Below are positions 42,766 to 54,051 of a stretch of DNA of 64,000 bases, piece by piece. Position numbers and translations under genes: made by a program. This DNA comes from Anaeramoeba ignava BMAN (taxonomy: Eukaryota > Protista > Anaeramoebae): positions 62,001-126,000 of the forward strand of contig JAPDFW010000103.1 of assembly GCA_028826165.1 (NCBI GenBank), given 5' to 3'. Within the stretch, counting starts at the first letter, position 1; every line of letters starts with the position of its first letter. Under the pieces are notes generated by a model. The model was not told where the DNA came from and did no database searches. It saw nothing but the letters and a program-made list of their open reading frames with translations.

Positions 42766-45700
42766 ATGTCACAAAACGAAAGAAAAAGACAACAAAAAAA
42801 TCAAAATGAAAAGAAAAGAACAAAATCATTAGGAAATGAAAATGAAAATGAAAAACAAAATGAAAATGAAAAACAAAATGAAAAACAAATTCAAATTGAA
42901 ATTGAAAATCAAAAAGAACTTGAATTTGAAGATCCTTATTCTGATGAATTTGATAATGAAAAAGATAATTCAGAACAAGAAAATGAAATGGAAGATGATT
43001 TAATTGATGATGAAGATGATGAAGATGATATAATTGAAGTTGAAAATGCAGAAAATGAGATTGAAATTGAACAAATGGATGAAGAACCAATTGAAAAAAA
43101 TGAAACAGAAGAACAAACACAAGTGAATAAATTAAAATCAATTAAAATCAATTTAAAATCAAATTTAAATCAATTTAAAATCAATTTAAAATCAATTATA
43201 AATCAATTAAAAATCAATTTTATATCAATTTCAAATCAAATTTAAAATCAATTTAAAATCAATTTAAATCAAATTTAAAATTAAAATCAATTTATATCAA
43301 ATTAAAATCAAATCAATTTAAAATCAATTAAAAATCAATTAAAAATCAATTTAAAATCAAATCAATTTTATATCAAATTTATATCAATTTTATATCAATT
43401 TAATATCAATTTAAAATCAATTTAAAAATCAAATCAATTTCAAATCAAACTAAATTCAATTTAAAAATCAAATTAAAATCAAATCAATTTAAAAATCAAA
43501 TTAAAATCAAATCAATTTAAAATCAATTTTATATCAATTTAGATTTGGCATAAAGATTTAATTGAAGATGATTCTAATCCAGTTTTGGAATATGAACCTT
43601 CTGCTTATGATTTTTTACATAGATTATCAGTAGAATGGCCTAGTCTTTCTTTTGATATTATTCCTGATAATCTTGGAATTATTAGAAATGAAGTATTTTT
43701 TTTTATTAAAAAATTAATTTAAAATTTAAAATTAAAATTAAAATTAAAATTAAAATTAAAATTAAAATATTTAGTTTCCTTTAACTTTCTTTATTGCAAC
43801 TGGAACTCAAGCAGATCAACCGAATAGAAATAAAGTCACTTTAATTAAAGTTTCAAATGTTTATAAAACAATAGAAAATGATGATGATGATGAAAATGAA
43901 ATTGATGATGATGGTTCTTTTTTAGATTCATTTTTTTATTTTTAATTCAATTATAAAAAATTAATTTAGTTCTATAACATTTTTTAAACAAATAAACAAA
44001 TTATTTTAGTTGATGAAAATTTAGATGAAGATCCAATTATTCAATATAAATCTTTTCAACATTATGGTTCTGTTAATAGAATTAGAGTACTTAATTCAAC
44101 TTACAAATTCATTTATAAATCAAAATCAAATTTAAAATCAAAATTAAAATTAAAATCAATATTAAAATTAAAATTAAAATTAAAATTAAAATTAAAATTA
44201 AAATTAAAATTAAAATTAAAATTAAAATTAATATTAAAATTAAAATTAAAATAAAATTAAAATTAAAATTCATTTATAAAATTAAAATTAATATTAAAAT
44301 TAAAAATTAAAATCAAAATTAAAATTAAAATAAAAAATTAAAATTAAAATTAAAATTAAAATTAAAATTAAAATAAAAAATTAATATTAATATTAAAATT
44401 AAAATTAAAATTAAAAATTAAAATTCATTTATAAAATTAAAATTAAAATTAAAATTAAAATTAAAATTAAATTTATAAAATTAAAATTAAATTAAAAAAA
44501 TTAAAATTAAAATTAAAATTAAAATTAAAATTAAAATTAAAATTAAAATTAAAATTAAAATTAAAATTAAAATTCATTTATAAAATTAAAAATTAAAATT
44601 AAAATTAAAATTAAAATTAAAATTAAAATTAAAATTAAAATTAAAATTAAAATTAAAATTAAAATAATTAAAATTAATATTAAAATTCATTTATAAATTT
44701 AAAATTAATATTAAAATTAAAATTAAAATTAAATTTAAAATTAAAATTAAAATTAAAATTAAAATTAAAATCAAAATTAAAATTAAAATTAAAATTAAAA
44801 TTCATTTATAAATTAAAATTAAAATTAAAATTAAATTAAAATAAAAAATTAAATTAAAATTAAAATTAAAATTAAAATTAAAATTCATTTATAAATTTAA
44901 AATTAATAATAAAAGGTAATGCCACAATCAGGAAATATTCTTGCAACTTGGTCAGATCAAGGAAATGTGAATATTTTTAATACAAGCGAACACATGAAAG
45001 CATTTTCAACACCAAGATTACGATTAAAAGCAAACATCTTACAAACATTCAATGGACATGGAACCGAAGGATTCGCAATAAGCTGGTCACCACTAAAAGA
45101 AGGAAGATTTGGATCAGGAGATTGCAATGGAGGAATTTACATTTGGGAACCAAGAAATAACATGAATAGTTGGGAAGTCAATAAAAAAACCTTTTATAAA
45201 CATCACAAACAATCAGTCGAAGATTTGCAATTTAGTCCAACTGAACAAGATGTTTTCGCTTCTTGTTCTGTTGATAAATCAATCAAAATATGGGATATTC
45301 GTTCAGGAAAAACTCCTATAGTCACAATACAAAACGCTCATCAATCAGATATCAACGTAATTTCATGGAATCCAATAACAACATATTTATTAGCTTCAGG
45401 TTCAGATGACGGAAATTTTCGCGTTTGGGATTTAAGAATTATAAATCAAAATGAAAATGAAAATCAAAATGAAAATTTGAACCAAAATTTAAATCAACTC
45501 AAAATTCAACCCCAAGAAAATATACCAAAATCAGACCAAAAATCAAATCAAAAATCAGACCATCTTATTTGCTCTCCTTCTCCTGTTGCTGATTTTAATT
45601 GGCACAAAAAAGCTATCACTTCAATAGAATGGAATCCAAATGAAGACACTGTAATTGCTTTGACAAGTGAAGATGATCAAGTAAAAAAATTATTTTTGCC

Positions 45701-46022
45701 AATCCAAATATTTTTCTTCTTTTTTTTCGCTTTTTTTTCGAACCAAAAATTAACTCGTTTTATTTTGGAAATTTTAAATTCATTTTAGTTATCAATTTGG
45801 GATCTTTCTCTTGAAAATGAACAAATCAATCAAAATGATTCAATTAATGACCAATTCCTTCAAAATCTTCCTCCTCAATTACTTTTTATTCATCAAGGCC
45901 AATTTCAAATGAAAGAATTGCATTGGCATAAACAAATTCCAAATATGATCATTTCTACTTCTTTAGACGGTTTTAATTTTTTTAAACCAGAAAATCTTTC
46001 TTCAATTCAAAACAATCTTTAA
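42766..46022 (+). CDS. GRWD1: Glutamate-rich WD repeat protein 1 / ribosome assembly factor Rrb1 (multi-exon)
   Basis: Acidic N-terminus, [64 protein letters not shown]. Confidence 0.92.
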
Positions 46023-46059
46023 AAATAATAAAAAATAGAATAAAAAATACTCAATTTAA

Positions 46060-46660
46060 ATTAATTCAAAACAATTTAATTTGAATTTTTTGAAAACTAA
46101 ATCATTTTATTCTCAAGAAATCAATTTTCTTTATAATTCTAAATCCAAAATATTTTTAATTAATTTTGAAATTTATTAAACAGAAAAAAATATATGAAGT
46201 TACAAAAATTTTTATAATTGATGATAATTTTCAAAATATTTATTCATAATTTTTTATTAATTATGAATAAAATCAAGATTTAATTTTTAAAATTAAATTC
46301 TCAAAAAAAGAGAACTTTATTTAATCAATATTGAAATAGTTCTTAAAAAATTTATGATTTTGATTTAATCTTATTTATTCATTTTAATAAAAAATGAAGA
46401 AATTTTCAAAAATATTTAAATAATAAAATGAAAACAAATCAAATTTTATTTAAATACAATTTCAAAGTTTAAAACAATTTTTAATAATAAACATTTTATT
46501 TTTAAAAAAGAATTTAAATCAATTCAAACAAGAATAAAACCAATATTTTTCCAAATATTCTTAAAAAGATAAAAAAATTCCTTTAATAATATTTTATCTT
46601 CCAGAATAAAATAAAATAAAATGGAAAAGAAAAAGAAGAAGAAACAATATTTGTTTGTGT
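46060..46660 (+). pseudogene. AT-eroded, internally deleted remnant of the REX exonuclease gene
   Basis: AAAACTAAATCATTTTATTCTCAAGAA, GAAGTTACAAAAATT, GAGAACTTTATTTAAT and CAATTTCAAAGTTTAAAACAAT are colinear with 49060-50050. Confidence 0.8.
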
Positions 46661-46940
46661 TGATTAAATAAACTTAAAAATTTCACTTTTTTTTCTTAAA
46701 TCAAAACAAAAATCAAAATTGAATTGAGATTTCCAAGAACAATTCTAGATCAAAAATTTAAATTAAGATTTTTAAAAAAATTTTTATTGAAAAATTAAAA
46801 AAAAAAGGAATGGATAAAAATAATTCAAATTTCCTTTCCATTCCAAAAGAAGAATGATTGAATTTTGATTTGTTATTTTTTGAAGTTGTGAGTTGAAGAA
46901 AGAAATCCAAAATAAAGGAAGATAGAAAAATAATGAAAGT

Positions 46941-48023
46941 TTAGAGAAAAGTAATAATTGCAATTGGGCGTAAAAATTCAACATCTTGAATAATGTAATA
47001 AAAGTGAGTTTCTTGATATAAGTATTTTTCTTTGATGATACACAACTGACACAAGAACATTTGATGATCAGGATAACAATAGCTCACAGAAACATTGGGA
47101 TCTCTTGCGAAATATGTTCCTTTTCCAAAAGCTTGAGCGAATCTTTTATCAGAAGCAAAACCTCCTCTACAAATGGGATCAATATTTTCTTGTTTTGTTC
47201 CATGAAATCCCCAAAGTAAACCTTCAAAAGAATCATCTTGTTTTGCTTTTAGCATGAAAAAAGAATGGCGAACTTTAAGAAATTCGTTTTCAATCATTTG
47301 GATTTTCAAAATTTGAGGAGGAGTCTTTTGTTTCCCTTGAGATTCCCAAATATTTTTGATTTCGAATTTTTCACTATCTGTAGCATCACGTAATGTATAT
47401 TCTTTTGGTTTCATGTTATAATCTGAGTAATTTTTGGAAGATTTTTGAGCTTCAGATCCTTTATGTTGGAATTTGCAAGAAAGATCTGAACATTGCCCTG
47501 TTTTTTTCCAACTTTCACATTCCTTCTGTTCCATTTCTCTAAAAGGAATCTTAAATTTCAGCTTTTTGAGATTGAAAGAATTAATTTTTTTTCCTTTCAA
47601 AGCATTTAAATGAAAGGAATTAAGTGGATTTGGATGAGAAAAAGGACAAGATATATTACAGCAACCATCTGGACTATCGATATCTTTGCATCGAAGAAAT
47701 TGAGCAGGATGACGAAAATTACATTTTGGATTGTTGCAATAATTCCTCAAGAAAAACTTGATACAAACACCATTTTTGATACACCATTCTTTAGTTATTT
47801 GAGGAGGTAAAATTAGCTTATTCTGATTAGAACGATTTTTTTTTGTTTTTTTTTTTGGACTTGGATTGCGGGAGAAAGTGATTTGAGTCTTTGTGTATTC
47901 AATCATTTGATTCAACCTGTTGATATCCATATGATCATTCTTCTCCGGCTGATTCGTGTTTGTTTGGAATGCAAATGAATGTTTTTTGTTAGATTTCCGA
48001 TTATAGTTTGGGTTGCGTCTCAT
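46941..48023 (-). CDS. CCCH zinc finger plus PARP-type ADP-ribosyltransferase (PARP-A)
   Basis: Three CCCH-like fingers; WGFHGT...GF...FGKGTYFARDPNVSVSY...MFLCQL; no obvious catalytic Glu, so probably a mono-ART. Confidence 0.85.
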   Translation of the reverse strand: MRRNPNYNRKSNKKHSFAFQTNTNQPEKNDHMDINRLNQMIEYTKTQITFSRNPSPKKKTKKNRSNQNKLILPPQITKEWCIKNGVCIKFFLRNYCNNPKCNFRHPAQFLRCKDIDSPDGCCNISCPFSHPNPLNSFHLNALKGKKINSFNLKKLKFKIPFREMEQKECESWKKTGQCSDLSCKFQHKGSEAQKSSKNYSDYNMKPKEYTLRDATDSEKFEIKNIWESQGKQKTPPQILKIQMIENEFLKVRHSFFMLKAKQDDSFEGLLWGFHGTKQENIDPICRGGFASDKRFAQAFGKGTYFARDPNVSVSYCYPDHQMFLCQLCIIKEKYLYQETHFYYIIQDVEFLRPIAIITFL

Positions 48024-48615
48024 GAAACAAAAAAAATGATTTAACTGTTTTTTGGTTTGTGTTTCTTTTAAAAAAAATGAAAAGTGGACATTATTTTAAA
48101 ACTTATTTAATTAATAATTTGCTTTTTTTTTTGAATAAAATATTTACTTTAATTCAATTTGAAATGATAATTTCTTTTTTGTTTAAATCTTTGTTTCAAA
48201 TAAACTTAATTCAAATTAGTTAATATAATTTGATCATTTTTTTTTTGTTTTTAAATTTATTTCCAAAGATATTATTTTATTGAGAGAAATTAATTTTGTT
48301 GATTTCTTTACAATAAATAATTTATTAATTTTGTTTTATTAAATAAATTTTAAATAAAAAAAGACCACTTTTTGTTAATTCTTCTTTCCAAAAAAAAAAA
48401 CCAACTCATTAAAATTTTATTTATTTTTTTTATTTAAAATTTGATCTTTTTATCTTTTAAAGTTTGTTTCTTTGTTTAAATTTGAATTAAAATTTCATTT
48501 TAAAAAAGAAAAATTAATTAAAAAAAAAGTCCACTTTTTCTTTTATTCATTTTTTTATTCATTTTATTCATTTTTTTATTCATTTTTTTATTCATTTTTT
48601 TATTCATTTTTTTAA
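48024..48615. promoter_or_regulatory. Divergent intergenic region between PARP-A and REX; near-identical copy at 52496-53086
   Basis: Head-to-head ATGs; direct sequence match between the copies. Confidence 0.65.
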
Positions 48616-50184
48616 ATGGAAAAAAAATTTTCAATCCTTTCATTTCAACTTCAAGATTTGCTTCTTTGGTTAATAGAAGAAAATCCAAATAAAGAAATTA
48701 ATTGGATAAAGTTTAATAAAAAAGATTTTGATAATATTATTTTCATTACTTGTGATGATTTAAATCAAAAATTGGTTTTCGATTATAAAGATCAACTCCA
48801 AACAATTTACAAATTAATGACTCAAGGAACTGCAATAAATACTTATTCTCCTGGAAGAGAAGATAAATGTTATCCAGGAATACCATCCATTTTGAAAATG
48901 AAACAAAAGAAAAAATCATCTAAAAAAGAAAAAGAAAAAGAAGAAACTCAATCTATTCAAAAAAAAGAAGAAACAGATAAATTAATTCAAAACAAAAATT
49001 TCAAGTTTAAAGCTGATTCATTTATAAATTCTAATCAAACATCCGATTTTTTTGAACAATGTGAAAAATCTAATTTGGGTTTTGTGAAAACTAAATCATT
49101 TTATTCTCAAGAAACCAATTTTCCTTATGATTCTAAATCCAAAATATTTGCAATTGATTGTGAAATGTGTGGAACAGAAAAAGGATCTGAAGTTACAAAA
49201 ATTTGTATAATTGATGATAATTTTCGCCAGATTTATTCAGAATTAGTTGTTCCCGACAGTCCAATTAGAGATTTGAGAACTAGGTTTTCTGGAATCACTT
49301 TGGAGGATATGAGTAAGGCAAGAAAAACTCTGAAAGATGTTCAAGAAGATATTTTGAAAATTATTCCTTCTGAAGCTTGTATTGTCGGTCATTCAATACT
49401 TCATGATTTCCTTTGTTTAAAACTTATTCACACTAATGTCCTTGATACTGCTGCTCTTTATTCTCATGATAAAGTTAAAGAATTTCATCCTGCTTTAAAA
49501 CGATTATCGGAGAAGTTTTTATTTACTCCAATTCAACAAAATGTCGAAAAAGGGCATAATCCTTTTGAGGATGCGACCACAAGTCTCAAATTGTTATTTT
49601 TGAAAATGATTCATGGGCCAGATTTTGGAATTGAGAATGATAATCAACTCAGAAGTTATTTTGGGAATTATGAAGAAGATGAATCTTTAATTTTTGAAAT
49701 CATTTCTCAAAAAAGAGAACTTTATTTAATTGATACTGAAATGGTTCTTAAAAGATTTAAGATTAGAACTCAAGCTTATCCGTTCATCGTAACAAAAGAT
49801 GAAGAAATTCCATCAAAATTTGAAGAAGTTTTCAAGAGTATTCAAATAAGAAAATCAAACAAACCCAATTTTATTTGGGCACAATTTCAAAGTTTAAAAC
49901 AATTTTTTTTCTCGGTTTTTGATGATAAACATCCCACTGTTAAAAATCGGCTTGAACTCATTCTGACAAGAATAGATCAATATTTTTCAACTATTCTTGA
50001 AATGGTACCGAAAAATTCCTTGATAATCTTTTATCTTCCAGAAGGAAATGGAAAAGAATTAAATCAACTTAAACAAGAAAAAGAAGCAGATCAAATCAAA
50101 TTTGAATCAACTCTCAAAAACAAATTAATTCAAGTTGCACAAGAAACCAAAAAAGGAGCCACAATATTTTTGCAAGTTGATTAA
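48616..50184 (+). CDS. DEDDh 3'-5' RNA exonuclease, REX1/REXO family
   Basis: AIDCEMCGT, TRFSGIT, IVGHSILHDF, VLDTA, LKRLS, GHNPFEDA. Confidence 0.92.
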   Translation: MEKKFSILSFQLQDLLLWLIEENPNKEINWIKFNKKDFDNIIFITCDDLNQKLVFDYKDQLQTIYKLMTQGTAINTYSPGREDKCYPGIPSILKMKQKKKSSKKEKEKEETQSIQKKEETDKLIQNKNFKFKADSFINSNQTSDFFEQCEKSNLGFVKTKSFYSQETNFPYDSKSKIFAIDCEMCGTEKGSEVTKICIIDDNFRQIYSELVVPDSPIRDLRTRFSGITLEDMSKARKTLKDVQEDILKIIPSEACIVGHSILHDFLCLKLIHTNVLDTAALYSHDKVKEFHPALKRLSEKFLFTPIQQNVEKGHNPFEDATTSLKLLFLKMIHGPDFGIENDNQLRSYFGNYEEDESLIFEIISQKRELYLIDTEMVLKRFKIRTQAYPFIVTKDEEIPSKFEEVFKSIQIRKSNKPNFIWAQFQSLKQFFFSVFDDKHPTVKNRLELILTRIDQYFSTILEMVPKNSLIIFYLPEGNGKELNQLKQEKEADQIKFESTLKNKLIQVAQETKKGATIFLQVD

Positions 50185-50433
50185 TGCAGAAATCAATCTC
50201 CTATTTTTTTTTTGAAGGAACGGATCACAACAACATTTTCGCTTCTGATTGAAAAAAAAAGAAGAATTGAGAAGAATTTCCTTTGTTTTCTGGTCAAAAG
50301 AACAAAATAAAAAGGAAAATTGAATTTTTTTTTAATAATCAATAAAAGAGAAAATCAAATTGAAAAGATTTTTTGGAATTACTTTTTTAATGAAAGTAAA
50401 AAAAAGGTTTCCCTTCTCAAAATAAATCATAAA

Positions 50434-52495
50434 TCATCGAGTGTAGTGAATCAAATATCTTGGAATGGCTTGAAATTTATGGAAAATGATGATTTCATTG
50501 TTCATCACATTTGTTGTTGAAGTTTTTCCTGTTCCGGGAACAAGAATAGAATCATAACTATGAGGAGGAAGAACCCAATCATGAGCATAATCAGGAGAAG
50601 GTAGATCTTGTGTTTGCATGAAAGAGTTTCCAGTAACAACTTCACACACGAACATCTTTCGAATCGAATTATCTGTTTTGATATATTTGTCACTTTTGGA
50701 TGAACAATAGGTGAAATATAATCTATTTTAAGTAAAAGTAGAAAGGAATTTGTTAAATCAAGAAAGATAAGGAAAATCAACAGAAAAGAAAGAAATGAAA
50801 CTTACCCTAAACCGTACATATGGCAACGATTCCAGCAATGTTTAGTAAGGCAGAATTTGCACTTTTTGGTACATAAAGAAGGAGTTTTTTTCTCTTTTGC
50901 TAATTCTCCTGATTTAGGACATCTTGGATTAGTATCATAGTTACTAAGAATATGAAAACCTTTAGTATAAATTTCCTCCAAAAATTTCTCGTTTGTTCCA
51001 TGATATAACCAAGAGATATTGAAACTCTGTTTTCTTCTGTTTTCCAGATACTCTTTCCTTTTGGTAAACCAATAATCTAGATAAGAGCTCTTGATTTTTT
51101 CAATCTTAATTACCTTTGGTGTTAATCCATAAGTCCAACGATCCAAAAACTTCTTCTCTAAATCAATATAAATTGGATTTTTTGATGGAATTTCTTCAAG
51201 TTTGGCTTCTCGTTTTGGGATTTCAGGATTTAGAGGAACGCGATGAGAAAAAGGACAAACGAGTCTTTCACGATCTTTCTCTTCGTAACATCGAACATTA
51301 TGAAGTCGACAATATCCTGTTTGCTTCAAAAAAGGGCAAAAAGAAGCTTGGGGTGATTGTTGGTTATCTGAAAATTCTTCTGGAATTTCTTTATAATGGA
51401 TGTGCTGAAACTTGCAATGATCTTTCTTACATTGTCCATATTCACCAAAAAAAGGACAAAACTCCTTGTTCATATTTTCCAAAAAGTTGGAAGGCATACC
51501 TTGATTTGTTGAAAGAAGTGAAGGATTTGGATGTGAAAAGGTACAATTTGGATCTTGGCAACCAATCAAAGTATTTCCTTTTTGATAGATCAGTTTGGGA
51601 CAAAGGTGGAATCTGATTTGGATATCTCCTCTTTGCGGAGCTTGTGGAATGTTTTTCTCTCTTTTTTCCTTTTTGATTTTCAAATGTTGATATGGACATT
51701 CTTTGTCTCTACAATACCCAGTTTTTTGATAATACTTGCAAGTTGTTTTCTTCATATTTTCCAAAAAGTTGGAAGGCATACCTTGATTTGTTGAAAGAAG
51801 TGAAGGATTTGGATGTGAATATGAGCAATTTGGATCTTGGCATCCTACCATCTTTTGTCCTTCAGTTTTTGTTAGATTTGGACATATCTGTGATAATGTG
51901 AAACGTGAATTTGATTTATAATTTTGTTCTGTTAATCTCTTTTCCTTTCTTTCCTTCCATCCAATTGGAAAAATTAGTTTTTGTTTAGGAAATTCTGGAT
52001 CTTTTCTAACATAATTTGGATCTTCATGATGTTGAAAAAAACATCCCAAAACTTTACATTTCTTTGATTGTGCATAATATCGACACATTTTATTATTCAT
52101 CTTCAAATCACACCAAAAAAAACTATTTTTCTTTTTTTCATTTGCTAATTTAGAATATGGATCAACTTGCTTAATAATCTCTTCATAAAATTTATTATTA
52201 GGATTTGGATCTAAAAATTAAAAAAATTAAACAATTTAAACAAATTAAAAAATTTAAACAATTATTAATTTGAATTTTTTCATTTTGAAATGAAATAGAA
52301 TAAATGAAATAATTAATTTTAAAATAATTTACGTTGATATGGGCAATTAACATCATAACATTTTCCATTTTTTAACATATTTAAACATAATATCTTTCTT
52401 GGTGGGTGCGTTTTGTAATTCTTAGAGGTTACATGTTCCCATTTATGGCACCATTTTTCTTTTACTAAAAATTCACACCAGCTTCCTCCAGACAT
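50434..52495 (-). CDS. Multi-CCCH zinc finger plus PARP-type ADP-ribosyltransferase (PARP-B); exons 52495-52333, 52210-50806, 50722-50434
   Basis: At least 6 CCCH-like fingers; LYHGT, spliced YGLGLYFTYCSSKSDKY, MFVCEVVTG, NEIIIF..QAIPRYLIHY (H-Y-E triad). Confidence 0.88.
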
Positions 52496-53086
52496 AAAAA
52501 AAAATGATTTAACTGTTTTTTGGTTTGTGTTTCTTTTAAAAAAAATGAAAAGTGGATATTATTTTAAAACTTATTTAATTAATAATTTGCTTTTTTTTTT
52601 GAATAAAATATTTACTTTAATTCAATTTGAAATGATAATTTCTTTTTTGTTTAAATCTTTGTTTCAAATAAACTTAATTCAAATTAGTTAATATAATTTG
52701 ATCATTTTTTTTTTGTTTTTAAATTTATTTCCAAAGATATTATTTTATTGAGAGAAATTAATTTTGTTGATTTCTTTACAATAAATAATTTATTAATTTT
52801 GTTTTATTAAATAAATTTTAAATAAAAAAAGACCACTTTTTGTTAATTCTTCTTTCCAAAAAAAAAAACCAACTCATTAAAATTTTATTTATTTTTTTTA
52901 TTTAAAATTTGATCTTTTTATTTTTTAAAGTTTGTTTCTTTGTTTAAATTTGAATTAAAATTTCATTTTAAAAAAGAAAAATTAATTAAAAAAAAAGTCC
53001 ACTTTTTCTTTTATTCATTTTTTTATTCATTTTTTTATTCGTTTTTTTATTCATTTTTTTATTCATTTTTTTATTCATTTTTTTAA

Positions 53087-53860
53087 ATGGAAAAAAAATT
53101 TTCAATTCTTTCATTTCAACTTCAAGATTTACTTCTTTAGTTAATAGAAGAAAATCCAAAATAAAGAAATTAATTGGATAAAGTTTAATAAAAAAGATTT
53201 TAATAATATTTATTTTCATTACTTGTGATGATTTAAATCAAAAATTGGTTTTCGATTATAAAGATCAACTCCAAACAATTTACAAATTAATAACTCAAGG
53301 AACTGCAATAAATACTTATTCTCCTGGAAGAGAAGATAAATGTTATCCAGGAATACCATCCATTTTGAAAATGAAACAAAAGAAAAAATCATCTAAAAAA
53401 GAAAAAGAAAAAGAAGAAACTCAATCTATTCAAAAAAAAGAAGAAACAGATAAATTAATTCAAAACAAAAATTTCAAGTTTAAAGCTGATTCATTTATAA
53501 ATTCTAATCAAACATCCGATTTTTTTGAACAATGTGAAAAATCTAATTTGGGTTTTATGAAAACTAAATCATTTTATTCTCAAGAAACCAATTTTCCTTA
53601 TTATTCTAAATCCAAAATATTTGCAATTGATTTTGAAATTTATTAATCAGAAAAAAATATATCAAGTTACAAAAATTTGTATAATTGATGATAATTTTCA
53701 AAATATTTATTCAAAATTTTTTATTAAATATGAATAAAATCAATATTTTTCCAAATATTCTTGAAAAGATATAAAAATTCTTTTAATAATATTTTATCTT
53801 CCAAAATAAAATAAAATGGAAAAGAAGAAAAAGAAGAAGAAACAATATTTGTTTGTGTTG
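53087..53860 (+). pseudogene. Truncated, frameshifted copy of the REX exonuclease gene
   Basis: Frameshifts after the ATG; 53245-53630 near-identical to 48772-49158; DCEM becomes DFEIY-stop; AT-eroded and deleted afterwards. Confidence 0.9.
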
Positions 53861-54051
53861 ATTAAATAAACTTAAAAATTCCACTTTTTTTTCTTCAATC
53901 AAAACAAAAATCAAAATTGGATTGAGATTTCCAAGAACAATTCTAGATCAAAAATTTAAATTAAGATTTTTAAAAAAGTTTTTATTGAAAAATTAAAAAA
54001 AAAAGGAATGGATAAAAAAACTTTGCATTTGGATTAAAAATTCAAAAAAAA

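Noticed and set aside
11297-50184. Apparent cluster of RNA-processing genes (Trf4, RRP40, FIP1, GRWD1, REX)
   Set aside because: Scattered over 40 kb among unrelated genes; no evidence beyond chance
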